Shown in pieces: positions 1-10,769 of a stretch of DNA of 61,879 bases. How positions within the stretch are numbered: position 1 is the stretch's first letter; every line of letters starts with the position of its first letter. A program made the position numbers and the translations under genes. The DNA comes from Chiloscyllium plagiosum. Lineage: Eukaryota. The stretch is taken from the NCBI RefSeq assembly GCF_004010195.1, contig NC_057758.1, positions 5,327,850-5,389,728 on the forward strand, in the 5' to 3' direction. Under the pieces are notes generated by a model, which searched no databases, had not been told where the DNA came from, and saw only the letters and a list, made by a program, of their open reading frames with translations.

Positions 1-97
1 GCACGTGGACTGCAGCTGTTCAATGTGGCAGCTCCAACTTCTCAATGGTAAAGAAGAATGGGCAATAAATACTGTCCCATACTCCATGAATAAATTA
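1..97 (+). mobile_element. Degenerate 3' tail of the LINE/DeuSINE (SacSINE1-like) family
   Basis: tggactgcagc.gttcaa..ggcagctc...cttctcaa...atgggcaataaat...ccatgaataaa resembles the tail seen at 31,700-31,762. Confidence 0.55.
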
Positions 98-119
98 GAA
101 TGAAAAATATTGTACAAAC

Positions 120-335
120 GTGCCAGTGCTGGGCACTGAGTTTTGGGTTCTGTGAGTGCAGGCCGGTTAGACCCAGTCAGTACTTTGCTTGCTGTGAGCA
201 TCTAAAGTGATATGCTGTTTGAAACAATCTGTCAGTCTTTCAGAGGCATGGCCTACATACGTAGCGTTACACAGAGACTGACATTCACAAACCACATTAC
301 TGAGCCGTGAGGTAGGCAGAAACAATTGAAAACTT
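120..335 (-). mobile_element. Penelope-like element fragment (GIY-YIG endonuclease region)
   Basis: Minus strand reads approximately SNVVCECQSLCNATYVGHASERLTDCFKQH, matching the PLE pattern NVVY.F.C.C...YVG.T...L..R..QH. Paralog at 47,895-47,978(+). Confidence 0.65.
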
Positions 336-937
336 ACTCATATCTGACGTTAGAATGTTTAGACAGTGATATTGATACCATGAAAATGTTTGTGCATGAT
401 TATTAGCACACTGTATTAATGCAAGGGAAAATAATTGTATATTTTTAAAGTCCTTGTATGTAATCATAATTTAATCTTGGGTGTGGTAACGCGACTCATC
501 TTTTCAAAGCCCCTTACTCTGATTTGCGCACTGTTTCCATCATATTGTTGTCATAAAAGTATACTGAAGAAATGCGTGTATATTGCACATATAGGACAAT
601 CGAAAAGTGGATATTATCAAGGGATGTCAAACTTTCAGTGAAGAGACTTTGCTTTTAATGGTTCGGACAATGCTGCAAATATTTCCACAGAAATTTCTAT
701 GCCGAGTCATACACAAGGACGTTGGGCTGCGATCATGTCGGCTACCTAATGTAGTTGCACAATTCTATTGAGATACTGATGTTGTGGAGCTCATATACAT
801 GGATTTGTTTAATGAGGGATTCAATTAAATACGCCATGAACTGCAGACTCCATCACCTTTATAGTACCTTCCTTCAGGATCGTGTCCAAGGTGCAGAATT
901 CCAGAGTTTAGTTGGCACACCAGAAGAGATAAACTTG

Positions 938-1201
938 CAAAACATGCTTGTGGTGAGGTGATTTTTACAAATCTTGAATTGCACTTGGACCAGCAAAGAG
1001 CCCTATGCTAGTCCAATAGCCAGTCTGCCCCACACATTTCCCTGTTGTTCAGGTATAACTCTATATGGTCAAAACATGCTTGTGGTGAGGTGATTTTTAC
1101 AAATCTTGAATTGCACTTGGACCAGCACAGAGCCCTATGCTACTCCAATAGCCAGTCTGCCCCACACATTTCCCTGTTGTTCAGGTATAACTCTATATGG
1201 T
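938..1201 (+). repeat. Tandem duplication, 2 x 132 bp
   Basis: caaaacatgcttgtggtgagg...ctctatatggt starts at 938 and again at 1070; about 2 mismatches. Confidence 0.95.
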
Positions 1202-1344
1202 CTGTTGTGAGAGATTGTCTGAATAAGGGTCCAGCTCCAGTTTCGAGGTCTTAGGACAGATTTTGGATATGATCACTGTACTGGAGGTACTGGTGAGGCC
1301 CAATGGTACTGAGTCTGAACTCAGGCTTTATTTCAGTCATTTTC

Positions 1345-1779
1345 AGACAGTGACCAGTGGGGTACCGCAGGGATCAATACAGGGACCGCAGCTTTTTACA
1401 ATATATGTTTTTGATATAGAAGATGGTATTAGCGATAACATTAGCAAATTTGCTGATGATACTAAGCTGGGCCGCAGAGTGAAATGTGATGAGGATGTTC
1501 GGATATTACAGGGTGACCTGGAAAAGTTAGGTGAGTGGTCAGATGCATGGCAGATGCAGTTTAATGTTGATAATTGTATGGTTTTCCACTTTGGTGGCAA
1601 GAACAGGAAGGTAGATTACTACCTAAATGGAATCAATTTAGGTAAAGGGGCAGTACAGAGAGATCTGGGTGTTCTTGTACACCAGTCAATGAAGGTAAGC
1701 ATGCAGGTACAGCAGGTAGTGAAGAAGGCTAATAGCATGCTGGCCTTCATAACAAAAGGGATTGAGTATAGAAGCAAAG
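1345..1779 (+). mobile_element. CR1 LINE ORF2 reverse-transcriptase fragment (young)
   Basis: VTSGVPQGSIQGPQLFTIYV...ISKFADDTKLG...WQMQFNV, uninterrupted up to the gap. Confidence 0.95.
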
Positions 1780-1864
1780 NNNNNNNNNNNNNNNNNNNNN
1801 NNNNNNNNNNNNNNNNNNNNNNNNNNNNNNNNNNNNNNNNNNNNNNNNNNNNNNNNNNNNNNNN
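1780..1864. other. Assembly gap (85 N)
   Basis: N run. Confidence 1.
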
Positions 1865-2290
1865 AGTTTACTTTTCCAAGCCACACATCCTAAGTCATGC
1901 CTCACCGCATCATAATTTCCTTGCCCCCAGCTATAACTCTTGCCCTGCAGTGCAAATTTATCCCTCTCCATCACTAGAGTAAAGTCACCGAATTGTGGTC
2001 ACTGTTCCCAAAGTGCTCACCTACCTCTAATTCTAACGCCTGGCCTGGTTCGTTACCCAGAACCAAATCCAGTATGGCCTCACCTCTTGTTGGCCTATCT
2101 ACATATTGTGTCAGGAAACCCTCCTGCACACATTGGACAAACACCGACCCATCTAACGAACTTGAGCTATAGCTTTCCCAATCAATATCAGGAAAGTTAA
2201 AGCCCCCATAACAACCACCCTATTACTTTCACTCTTCTCTTGAATCATCCTCGCAATCCTTTCTTCTACGTTTCTAGGACTATTAGGAGA
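1865..2290 (-). mobile_element. CR1 ORF2 endonuclease C-terminal fragment
   Basis: Minus strand VVVMGGFNFPDIDW...PTRGEAILDLVLGNEPGQ...EHFGNSDHNSVTF. Confidence 0.85.
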
Positions 2291-2313
2291 TACTGGAGAT
2301 CTGAGTCACAAAC

Positions 2314-2481
2314 TGTAGTGCTGGAAAAGCACAGCAGGTCAGGCAGCATCCAAGGAGCAGGAGAGTCAACAATTTGAGTATAAGCACTTCATCAGGAATG
2401 TGATGAAGTGCTTATGCCCGAGACGTCGATTCTCCTGCTCCTCGGTTGCTGCCTGACCTGCTGTGCTTTTCCAGCACTACA
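2314..2481. mobile_element. Two inverted Penelope pLTR/hammerhead-type ends forming a palindrome (about 81 bp arms, 6 nt spacer)
   Basis: tgtagtgctggaaaagcacagcaggtcaggcagc...gcacttcatca, spacer ggaatg, then tgatgaagtgc...ctgcctgacctgctgtgcttttccagcactaca. Same motif ends the PLE at 17,370-17,458. Confidence 0.8.
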
Positions 2482-2788
2482 CTCTTCGATGGTTATATGA
2501 AATAGTTGGTAGCAGAGTAACAATGAAGAATTGCATTTCCCATCCAGCTTTGGCAGGCTGCTTTGTTTAAAATTCCGGTCGTTCAACAAAAGCAATTCCG
2601 ATAATTATTAAGAGCTGAATCCAATTGACTCTTGTCGTGTTGTAGCTTCTGACTTTCAATCTGGAGATCTGGAGATTTTTAGTCACAGTTAATTCAGTCC
2701 TTAAGTAATGCTGGCCAGTACAACCATCAGAAGTCCCAAAAAATGATGTGATGATGATTAATTAATCTCTTTGTGTAATATTGTTTGA

Positions 2789-3285
2789 GTGGTATACTTA
2801 AGGAGTATACTTAAGAGGGAAATCAGGGCGGCAAAACGGGGACATGAGATAGCTTTGACAAATAGAATTAAGGAGAATCCAAAGGGGTTTTACAAATATA
2901 TTAAGGATAAAAGGGTAACTAGGGAGAGAATAGGGCCCCTCAAAGATCAGCAAGGCGGCCTTTGTGTGGAGCCACAGAAAATGGGGGAGATACTAAATGA
3001 ATATTTTGCATCAATATTTACTGTGGAAAAGGATACGGAAGATATAAACTGTAGGGAAATAGATGGTGACATCTTGCAAAATGTCCTGATTACAGAGGAG
3101 GAAGTGCTGGATGTCTTGAAACGGTTAAAGTTGGATAACTCCCCAGGACCTGATCAGGTGTACCCGAGAACGCTGTGGGAAGCTAGAGAAGTGATTGCTG
3201 GGCCTCTTGCTGAGATATTCGTATCATCGATAGTCACAGGTGAGGTGCCGGAAGACTGGAGGTTGGCTAACATGGTGCCACTGGA
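2789..3285 (+). mobile_element. CR1 ORF2 tether fragment (young)
   Basis: IKENPKGFYKYIKDKRVTRERIGPL...SPGPDQVYPR...GEVPEDWRLAN. Confidence 0.95.
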
Positions 3286-3504
3286 CTAATTAAGCAACAG
3301 TCATACATTGTCTGTAAAACAGGATTCTGTGAACAGGACAACACACCATCCCCACTGTTAGATTCTGTCCAAGACGGAGTGGGCAGCTCCTTGGTATATC
3401 GTCAGTAAAGTGCTCAGCATTGATTCTGGATCCTGCTGCTGCTTGACTGCTCTGCGACAGGTTTGGAGCGAATCAAAAAAGAGAAACACACAATTGACCT
3501 TATC

Positions 3505-3608
3505 GTCAACCGTCCATCTGTTTCAGATATACCTCCCTATTTAATATGTGCATTTTGTCAACCGTCCACCTGCTTCAGATACACCTCCCCATTTAATATG
3601 TGCATTTT
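3505..3608 (+). repeat. Tandem duplication, 2 x 52 bp
   Basis: gtcaaccgtcca.ctg.ttcagata.acctccc.atttaatatgtgcatttt at 3505 and 3557; single copy in the paralog at about 46,615-46,668. Confidence 0.9.
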
Positions 3609-3614
3609 TAAAGA

Positions 3615-3889
3615 ATTCGTACAGTGTGGAACAGCGCCTGCTGCCCAACAAGTCCACAAAGATCTGCTGAAGACTAACCCACCGACATTTGTCTAACTTA
3701 AATTTATTCCTGAAGAATGCGCCTAACCTCCACATTTTTGGAATGTGGGAGGAAACCGGAGCACTCGGAGAAAACTCAGCACCAACTGTTAGGATGTGCA
3801 AATTCCACACAGTCTCCCCAGGCAGCAATAGAACACAGGGCCCTGGCGCTGTGAGGCAGCAATGCTACTACTGAGCCACTGTGCCGCCC
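3615..3889 (-). mobile_element. HE1-type tRNA-derived V-SINE (older copy)
   Basis: Reverse complement starts gggcggcacagtggctcagtagtagcattgctgcctcacagcgcc; contains the V-domain gagtgctccggtttcctcccaca. Confidence 0.9.
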
Positions 3890-3899
3890 CTTATAAAGA

Positions 3900-6110
3900 T
3901 AAGAACAGCTACGGCACAGTCCACGCGTGGAAGGAGGTCCATCGTCACAATTTGGCGAGATGTCCGTGAGATGCAGTGGGACATCGCACCGCAGAATCAT
4001 TCTCTGTACAACTCATATAGTCTGCAACGTCACAGCCTGACATACATGCCACTCTACAGTAACCATCAAGCCAGGGATCCACACTGAGTCATGGAAGAGG
4101 GCAGAAGGACATGGCGGGAGTAACACTTGGCAGACCCAGAATTGAGGGGACAACCTGGAGAAACTTTTGTGTCTTCAGCAACAAAACACGATTACTTGCA
4201 TGCTAAATAGCATAAGCAGCAACTGATGGACAGAGCTCAATTATCTCACAATCAATTGCTCTGATTTATCACTGAGGTCCTGCAACATGTGATCATAAAA
4301 TTTAGTGGACAATGAAGGATACCATTGGAGGAGGGGACTGCTGTCCAACAATGAAATACCCAGTTTTCGGAGTGCGCAGCTCATCATTGAAAAAATAAAG
4401 CTGATACATTTGTGACAATCTTCAGGCAGAAGGGCTAAGCAGATGATCCATTTCGGCCTCCTTCTGTGGGCCGCAGCATCACAGACCCTAATCTTCAGAC
4501 AGTTTGATTCACTCCACACAATGTCAAGAAATGGTTGGAGAGACGGGAAACTGATTTTACTCCAGAAATTGCCAAGTTATCATTTTGATTAAGAATACTA
4601 CTACTTACCAACAATGTTATAAATGGCAATTATGTCCTGTAAACAAAAAGCAGGGCACTTGAATTGCAGCCAGTTGTGAAGAAAGCTTTTCGCGATAATG
4701 TGATCAACCAGCAATAACCTGCTCAGTGTCATTTAGTTAGTGTCCCGTCGTGACCACTCAGTTCCTGACCCCATTGCAAACTTAGTGCAAAAGAGTGGAA
4801 TTTCAAAGGGACCATGAGAGTAATTACTCTTAACATCAACACACTATTTAACAGGGTGGGAGAAGAGGAACCTGAGTAAAATTATACTTATTCAGAATTT
4901 GGGGTAAGTACTCTCCTGATTAGAATTATCACCAGCAAAAAAATGCTGTCAGTATCAGTAATTCGAACTCCAGGTGAGCTCGACAACCATTCCTCAGGAA
5001 AGAGTGTGTCCGAGGCTCAACTATTCCCAGCTGCTCTCTCCATCATGAGATCAGATGTGGGATTGTTCATTGCATCATCCCTGAAACAGTCCAGGTTCAA
5101 ATTCATCCAGGTTTAGTCGAAGAATGACAAGTAATGTTCACGACAGACAAATGCTGGACATATCTGACAATAAAGAATCAAACCATCCTTTGATTTTCAA
5201 TCGGGTTACCACCACTGAGTCCCCAACACTGTGTTTATCAGCATCCTGTTTATGATAATTGAACATAAACTGGACAAGCGATATAAATAACACGGTCTTC
5301 ACGAGCATGTCAGAGGCTAAAATTGTGCAGTCAGCAACTCATCTGGTGACTCCCCAAAGCCTGTGATGGAGTACATCCCAGGAAAAACCCAGGACAAAAC
5401 CAGCCCATTTAATTGCTATCACTTCCAGAAGCATCAATCCCCTCCACTACTGAGGCACAATAGTAGCAGTTTGTACCATCTACAAGATTCACTGCACCAA
5501 GGTTAGTAGACAGCACCTGCTAAACCCAGTGCCATCTCGAAGAACAAAGGCAGCAAGTACTTTCGAAAACCAGCTATCTGCAATCCTTCTCCTTCGTCCG
5601 GTAAGATTTAATGAGGTTTGATCATGATTTTACAATTCTTAACTCCACAGATCACAAAATTAGTCCAAATGCAGCAAGACGTGGACAACAGCCAGTCTTT
5701 GCGGCTGACAGGTGACAAGTAACATTCATGCCACATACATGTCAGACAATGGCCATCATAAACCATCACTAAACCAGAGGGCGAAACCTATACAGCATCC
5801 AAAGGCATTACCATTGTTGAATTAATTGGCACTAATATTGTCAGGTTTATCCAAGACTATATAGCTGCGATGGTGAAAACTTCAGATCAGAAGTTAGGAA
5901 TCCTGCAGACAGTAACTTTTCCCTGTCTTCCTCTCCATTACCTCCAAGGTTCAAGCTAGCAATATGTAATCTTCACGTGTTTGAATGAATGCACGTCAAC
6001 AGTACTGAAACTGTTTGACACGACTAAAGACGAAGTAGTCCACTCGAACGGTTCCAATCCACAATCAATCCTTCCCTCCAACTCCGACAGTCACCAACAG
6101 GTGTTAGTGC
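3900..6110 (+). mobile_element. Degenerate non-LTR retrotransposon (CR1/L2 group, distinct from the other CR1s); at least two fragments
   Basis: Decayed ORF2 segments such as accatcaagccaggg, atcttcagg.agaag..gatgatccatttcggcctcct, atgcagcaagacgtggacaac and atctacaagattcactgc. Many stops and frameshifts. Confidence 0.7.
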
Positions 6111-6509
6111 CGTGGCACTCCTTCTACTCTACTTTCCACACTCATTCCACTCCCACCAGGAAGGAAAGGGGTAGCACTTAAAGAATAGTGAGCATAATTC
6201 ATGACTATATGTAAGTACTATAAAGCATTAATCCAGATTATGTAGTTTTAGTATGAATCATTCGAAACTGAGTCGGCTGAAAATAGATTTCGTTCAAGTA
6301 AACAGCAAACAAGAAAGAGAAAATAAATCAGAATCAGTTCAGTGGAAGGCATTCTGAGGGGAGATTAAATTCGTTCAATGAAAATGTGTTTTCACACAGT
6401 GAAAAAGCGTCAGGCTGCTAAATCCTGAGCTCCTTGGAAGTCTAGGAACATACAGACAGAACAGGAAGGGTCAGATCAGACAGTGCGAGGACAACAGTGC
6501 CGTAGAGCA

Positions 6510-6935
6510 GAGAGATATACTGCATGGAAGCAGACCTTTTGGTCCATCATGTCAATGCCTCAGGACTTCTTAACATAATCTCGTCACATTTATCAACACT
6601 GGAATCATGTTCCTCTTAACCCTTCTTTTTCATATACCCATTCAGATGCCTTTTAAATGTTATAATTTTCTAGCCTCCAACATTTCTTCTGGTAGCTCAT
6701 TCCATCCACACAGCACCTGCTGCATGCAAAAGTTGCCACTTAGGTCCCTTTTATATCATTTCCCTCCCACTCTAAACACTGTCCTCCAATTCTGGACTCT
6801 CCCAGCCCTGGGAAAATACATTTCCTGTTTATCCTATCCAAGCCTCTCAATATTTTTGAACCTATATAGGTTCGCCCCTCCACATCCGACGCTCCGGGGA
6901 AAACGGCCCCAGCCGAATCAGCCTCTCCTGAATAC
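6510..6935 (-). mobile_element. CR1 3' end
   Basis: KILRGLDRINRKCIFPGLGESR followed by FKRHLNGYM and a tail-like ggaccaaaaggtctgcttccatgc. Confidence 0.8.
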
Positions 6936-7249
6936 AACAGAAAGCTCAGGGGAGTTTGGAATGCAAAGGGGTGGGACCCAAAAAAGAAATTAGGAAGAAC
7001 ATTGTGTGTGCAGAGTCATGTTGGCAAGAAACGACAAGCAATCTTTCACAGATTCATTTTCAAAGCAGAGAATGAAATTAAGTAAGGGAACAAAAGGCAA
7101 TCAATGGAAACCACATGCCACTGTAGGAGATGCGTTATGGTTTTGAGTTTGAATTGAAGACTGAATGGGCTATCATGATGAGTCCGGTAGGATTGTCTAA
7201 GAAGCACATGAGACCCTTTGCAATGTTACTGTATTGAGGTTTCTGAGGA

Positions 7250-9125
7250 TCTGGTCACGAGACAGGTGGCAATGATATCAAACTTTGGGAACATTTAATG
7301 ACAAGAGAAACTGTGAGCTCAGTCAAAAAGGATAAAGGCACATGAAACAGTGTGAATCGGGGTCTCAAAAACATAACAATAAACAGGAAAAACATAAACA
7401 AGAATTTAGGAGGGATAAAAGAAACCACGAATTGTCTTTGAGAATCATGATTAAGGAACTTCCCAACCGGTTTGTCAAGAGGAAGAAGGTGGCCAGGGGA
7501 AGAATCGGTCCACTGAAGGACAAAGGTGGTATTTAATGCATGGATCTGGATGAAGCCAGTGACTGCCTTAATAATTTGCATTGCTTTTCACAAAGGAGAA
7601 AAATATGGTGGATGGTGAGTCTTGAGAAGGATATGTTGATATTCCAGAGCATTTCGAAATTTAAAAAATGAATGCTCTGCTGGGAGTTTTGGAAAGCAAT
7701 GAGGGAAACAAGTCTCCAAGTTATGATGGTATAAATTCCAGAATACTGAGGAAATCGAAGGAGTAATTTGGTTGACCGTATTGCACACTTTTTGCATGCT
7801 CTTCAGTCACAGGAGAGGTTCCAGAGAACTGGCGAAAAGCTAGTGTTATTCCTTTTTGATGAAGTATAACACGGAAAATGCAAGAAAGTTCAGGTCTTGA
7901 GCCTTATCTCACTGGTAGGGAAAATATTGGAGATTCTTAGAGATATACCTGACTCCCATTTAGAAAAAATATGTATTTATCTTGAAAGACAACGTGGCTT
8001 TATGTGTTGAAGATCGTCTCTCAAATAATTGATTGCATATTTTGAGAACGTGGCAAAGGCGATTGATGAGGCCACGGGGCTGGATGCTGGCCATATGGAC
8101 CATGGCAAGGCCTTTGGTATGGTTCCTTCTGGCAGGTTCATACAGAAGATGAAGTCAAATGAGATGAGCGGGCAGTCACTCAGATGGATGCAGAATTCGT
8201 TGGTCATATAAGGCGGAGTGGTGGGGAAAGGGCGTATTTTGTAACTGGAGACGTGTGAATAGATTGGATGAGCTGCGGATTGTGAGGATGATTGGCACAG
8301 CATACCGCAGGCTATAGTTTGAATGGAGTCTTGGATGGAAAACATGCAGATGCAAATTAATCTGGGCCAATGCGAGTTGATGCATTTTAGAAGGTCTTCA
8401 GAACGAGAGAAGTGTGTAGTTAATGGAAGAACTCGAAATAATTGCAACATCTAAGGTATCGAGGCAACAAACCACAGTTCCCTGAATGTGGCAACACAGG
8501 TGAACATTGCGGCCAAGAAAACCTATCGTATACTTGCGGATCTCAATCAGAGCACAAAGTATAAAACTTAGAATGTCATGTTGGAGGTGGATACAACTTT
8601 GTTTTGGTCACGTTTGGAAATTTGCATGCAAGCCCGGTTACCACAAGGATGTAGAGGTGATGGAGAGGGTTTGAAAAACGTTCACGAGGATGTTGCCTGG
8701 TTTGGAGGATATTAGCACGAGGGAAAAATTGGACAAACGTGGCTTGTTTTCAATTGGACGTTACCGGTTGAGGGGCAAACTCAGGAGCATTCCAAACATA
8801 TGACAGATATGGACAGAATAGATATTCAGAGCTTTTTCCCAGGATAGAAATATCAATTACTGAGGCCATCATCTTAGATAAAAAGGAGAATGTTTGAAAG
8901 AGTTTTCATAGGCAAGTTGTTTTCCTTCTGTTCCAGACAGAATGTGAAGTGCCTCGAATGCACTGATAGAGGATGTTGTAGAAGAAACAATAGGTATCTT
9001 CCCACAGAGATCAGTAAACAGAGAATAGAGTGCTACAGTTTTTTTTTACTTTTGATAAGGCATCATGTGTCAGTGCAGGCTCGGCGAGCCGAAGGGCATG
9101 TTTCTGTTCTGTATTGTTCTATAAG
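7250..9125 (+). mobile_element. Degenerate CR1 ORF2 through its 3' tail
   Basis: RKKVARGRIGPLKDKGG; GHMDHGKAFGMVP (from YMDFSKAFDKVP); ends gccgaagggcatgtttctgttctgtattgttctat. Confidence 0.85.
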
Positions 9126-9829
9126 ACAAGATTTCAGAAAGATAGTGGCGAGATGCTGACTGCATGAACACTGAAGATCAAAAGACACATTTACGTAGAT
9201 CTTTCCTCATCAAATCACAGCCTCATAACCTCCCTCCCACTGTGGGGAAACTCAATATGGGGAATTTGACATGAAATTCAGAGCTGGTAACTAGTGACTT
9301 CACCTTGCTCCTCGCATCTACCTTGGTCAACAACGCTTCGGGCTACACTGCACAGACAGAAGCTGCATGTACTCCATACCGACCAATGCTGGCTTCTGTC
9401 ACATACCCGCCTCACCATGCCATCACACGACATTTCCGAGTCAGTGACAGTGTAATTCTGTACTGCAGATCGGGGTGCACTGACAACTCTCATTGTAATG
9501 CTGCCTCAAGTCCGTTATCTTCAGGGATACACAACCAGCTCATGAACTGCACATCTGGGCTGCTCACTGAATGAGTGGACACACTGACTTTGAGTTTACC
9601 TGAATGTTGACTGATTTATTGCCTTGTCTTACCCTGCCTTTAGCTGTATTTCCCCTCAGCCAGAACGGCCTGGCTGACACACCTGCTGCATTGCCTTGTT
9701 GTTTAGACAGATATAAAACCAGAAAACGTGATATCATTGTCCACAGTAAGTCAAGGTGCCCAGCACAATGGGTAAAGGGGAGTTTCTGATATCAGTCCAG
9801 GAGCTTGGAAACTGTCATTCAGCCTCTCA

Positions 9830-10760
9830 TGGTTGGTAGGGTCAGGATCCTTCCCCTGTTTAGGGTTTGGACCTGAATGTTAGGGAGACCCCAATTCATG
9901 ACTCTTTCTGACTTATTGTGGGATTATTCCATCTGGAATGTGAGAATTACCAAGAGGTATTAAGGGAGATGGCAGAGGTTGGTACACCTATTAGTGCTGG
10001 TAAAGCTGGGGGAAAGGTGATGAGTTGTCCTGAGTGACTGAGTAGACAACGCAGACACCAGGCGGATTTGGGAAGAAGACAGTGAAGAGGTGAGAGAGAG
10101 AACGTGAAGAGCGAACAGAGAGAATGAGAGGAGATGCTGCATTCAGTGAGAGTGGAGGAACGTGAACCTTTGTTGGAGATGGTCATAGTAACAGAGATCG
10201 AGTGACCGCGTCGTCACAAAGTGCAGAAGGTGGCTTATACCCTGGTGGATTGGAGAATGTCACTGACCTCCTTCTTACTCTGCTGGGCATTCACCCAGGA
10301 GGATGACACCTCACTGACTCAGGGTCAACCTTGGACCAAGCTGGCATGGTCTGGCATCATGGCATCCCTTCATAGTCGTTGAGGAAAATAATGTCCCTTT
10401 CCTGCACCATGCCATCCACCAGAAGCTTGGGGGCTTGACCACAAAGAGGAGAACCAATTTTACCAGCTCTGCCATGTTCAGGGCAGTTTCAGATTGAAAT
10501 TCGAAGAGTGTAATGGCTTTTTGCAGATGGTACCTGTAACAAAGAGGGCGGTTCATTCTGGAATATCCAGGCAGTCGGCAGTTGTTCCGGCAAAGCGAAA
10601 ATCATCGGGCTACTGCCAGATGAGAGGAAGACCACGCGGGCAGGGACTGTAGTTAATGATGTTGGGCCCCTGTCTGTCTAAACCAAAAAAGGGAGGCGGT
10701 CCAAACGGTGTAGTGCGGCATATAAAGAGAAATATACTTCTGCAGGGAGGAAAATTACAA
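9830..10760 (-). mobile_element. Harbinger/PIF-type DNA transposon remnant with spliced Myb/SANT-like gene (exon 1 10,475-10,241; exon 2 from 9,932), disrupted
   Basis: With frameshifts it reads MAE...LLVDGMVQERDIIF...TMPAWSKV...VSEVSSSWVNAQQSKKEVSDILQSTR, then intron gtataag...ttccag, then SHNKSERV..GLPNIQVQT. This fits the Myb/SANT pattern L.D.V..R..IF...AW..VA..V....QC+K+W.DL followed by AHN..ER..TGGG.P. Confidence 0.7.
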
Positions 10761-10769
10761 ACGACATTC

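Noticed and set aside
435..641. 68-aa ORF with the same length in both U1 and U2
   Set aside because: TTG start, many non-conservative changes and no homology recognised; retention is plausible by chance at this divergence.
690..750. RVIHKDVG resembling a kinase catalytic loop
   Set aside because: Not conserved in the paralog (RFTHKDVGL*) and lacks the downstream N; likely chance.
1185..1310. SRPK-like kinase snippet (VQL..FQISGQNLYMTIVLEVL in the U2 paralog)
   Set aside because: Needs frameshifts, has no other kinase motifs, and EVLVRP is better explained by the CR1 ORF2 motif LYK.LVRPHLEYC; a CR1 YMD-like remnant lies just upstream at about 780-840.
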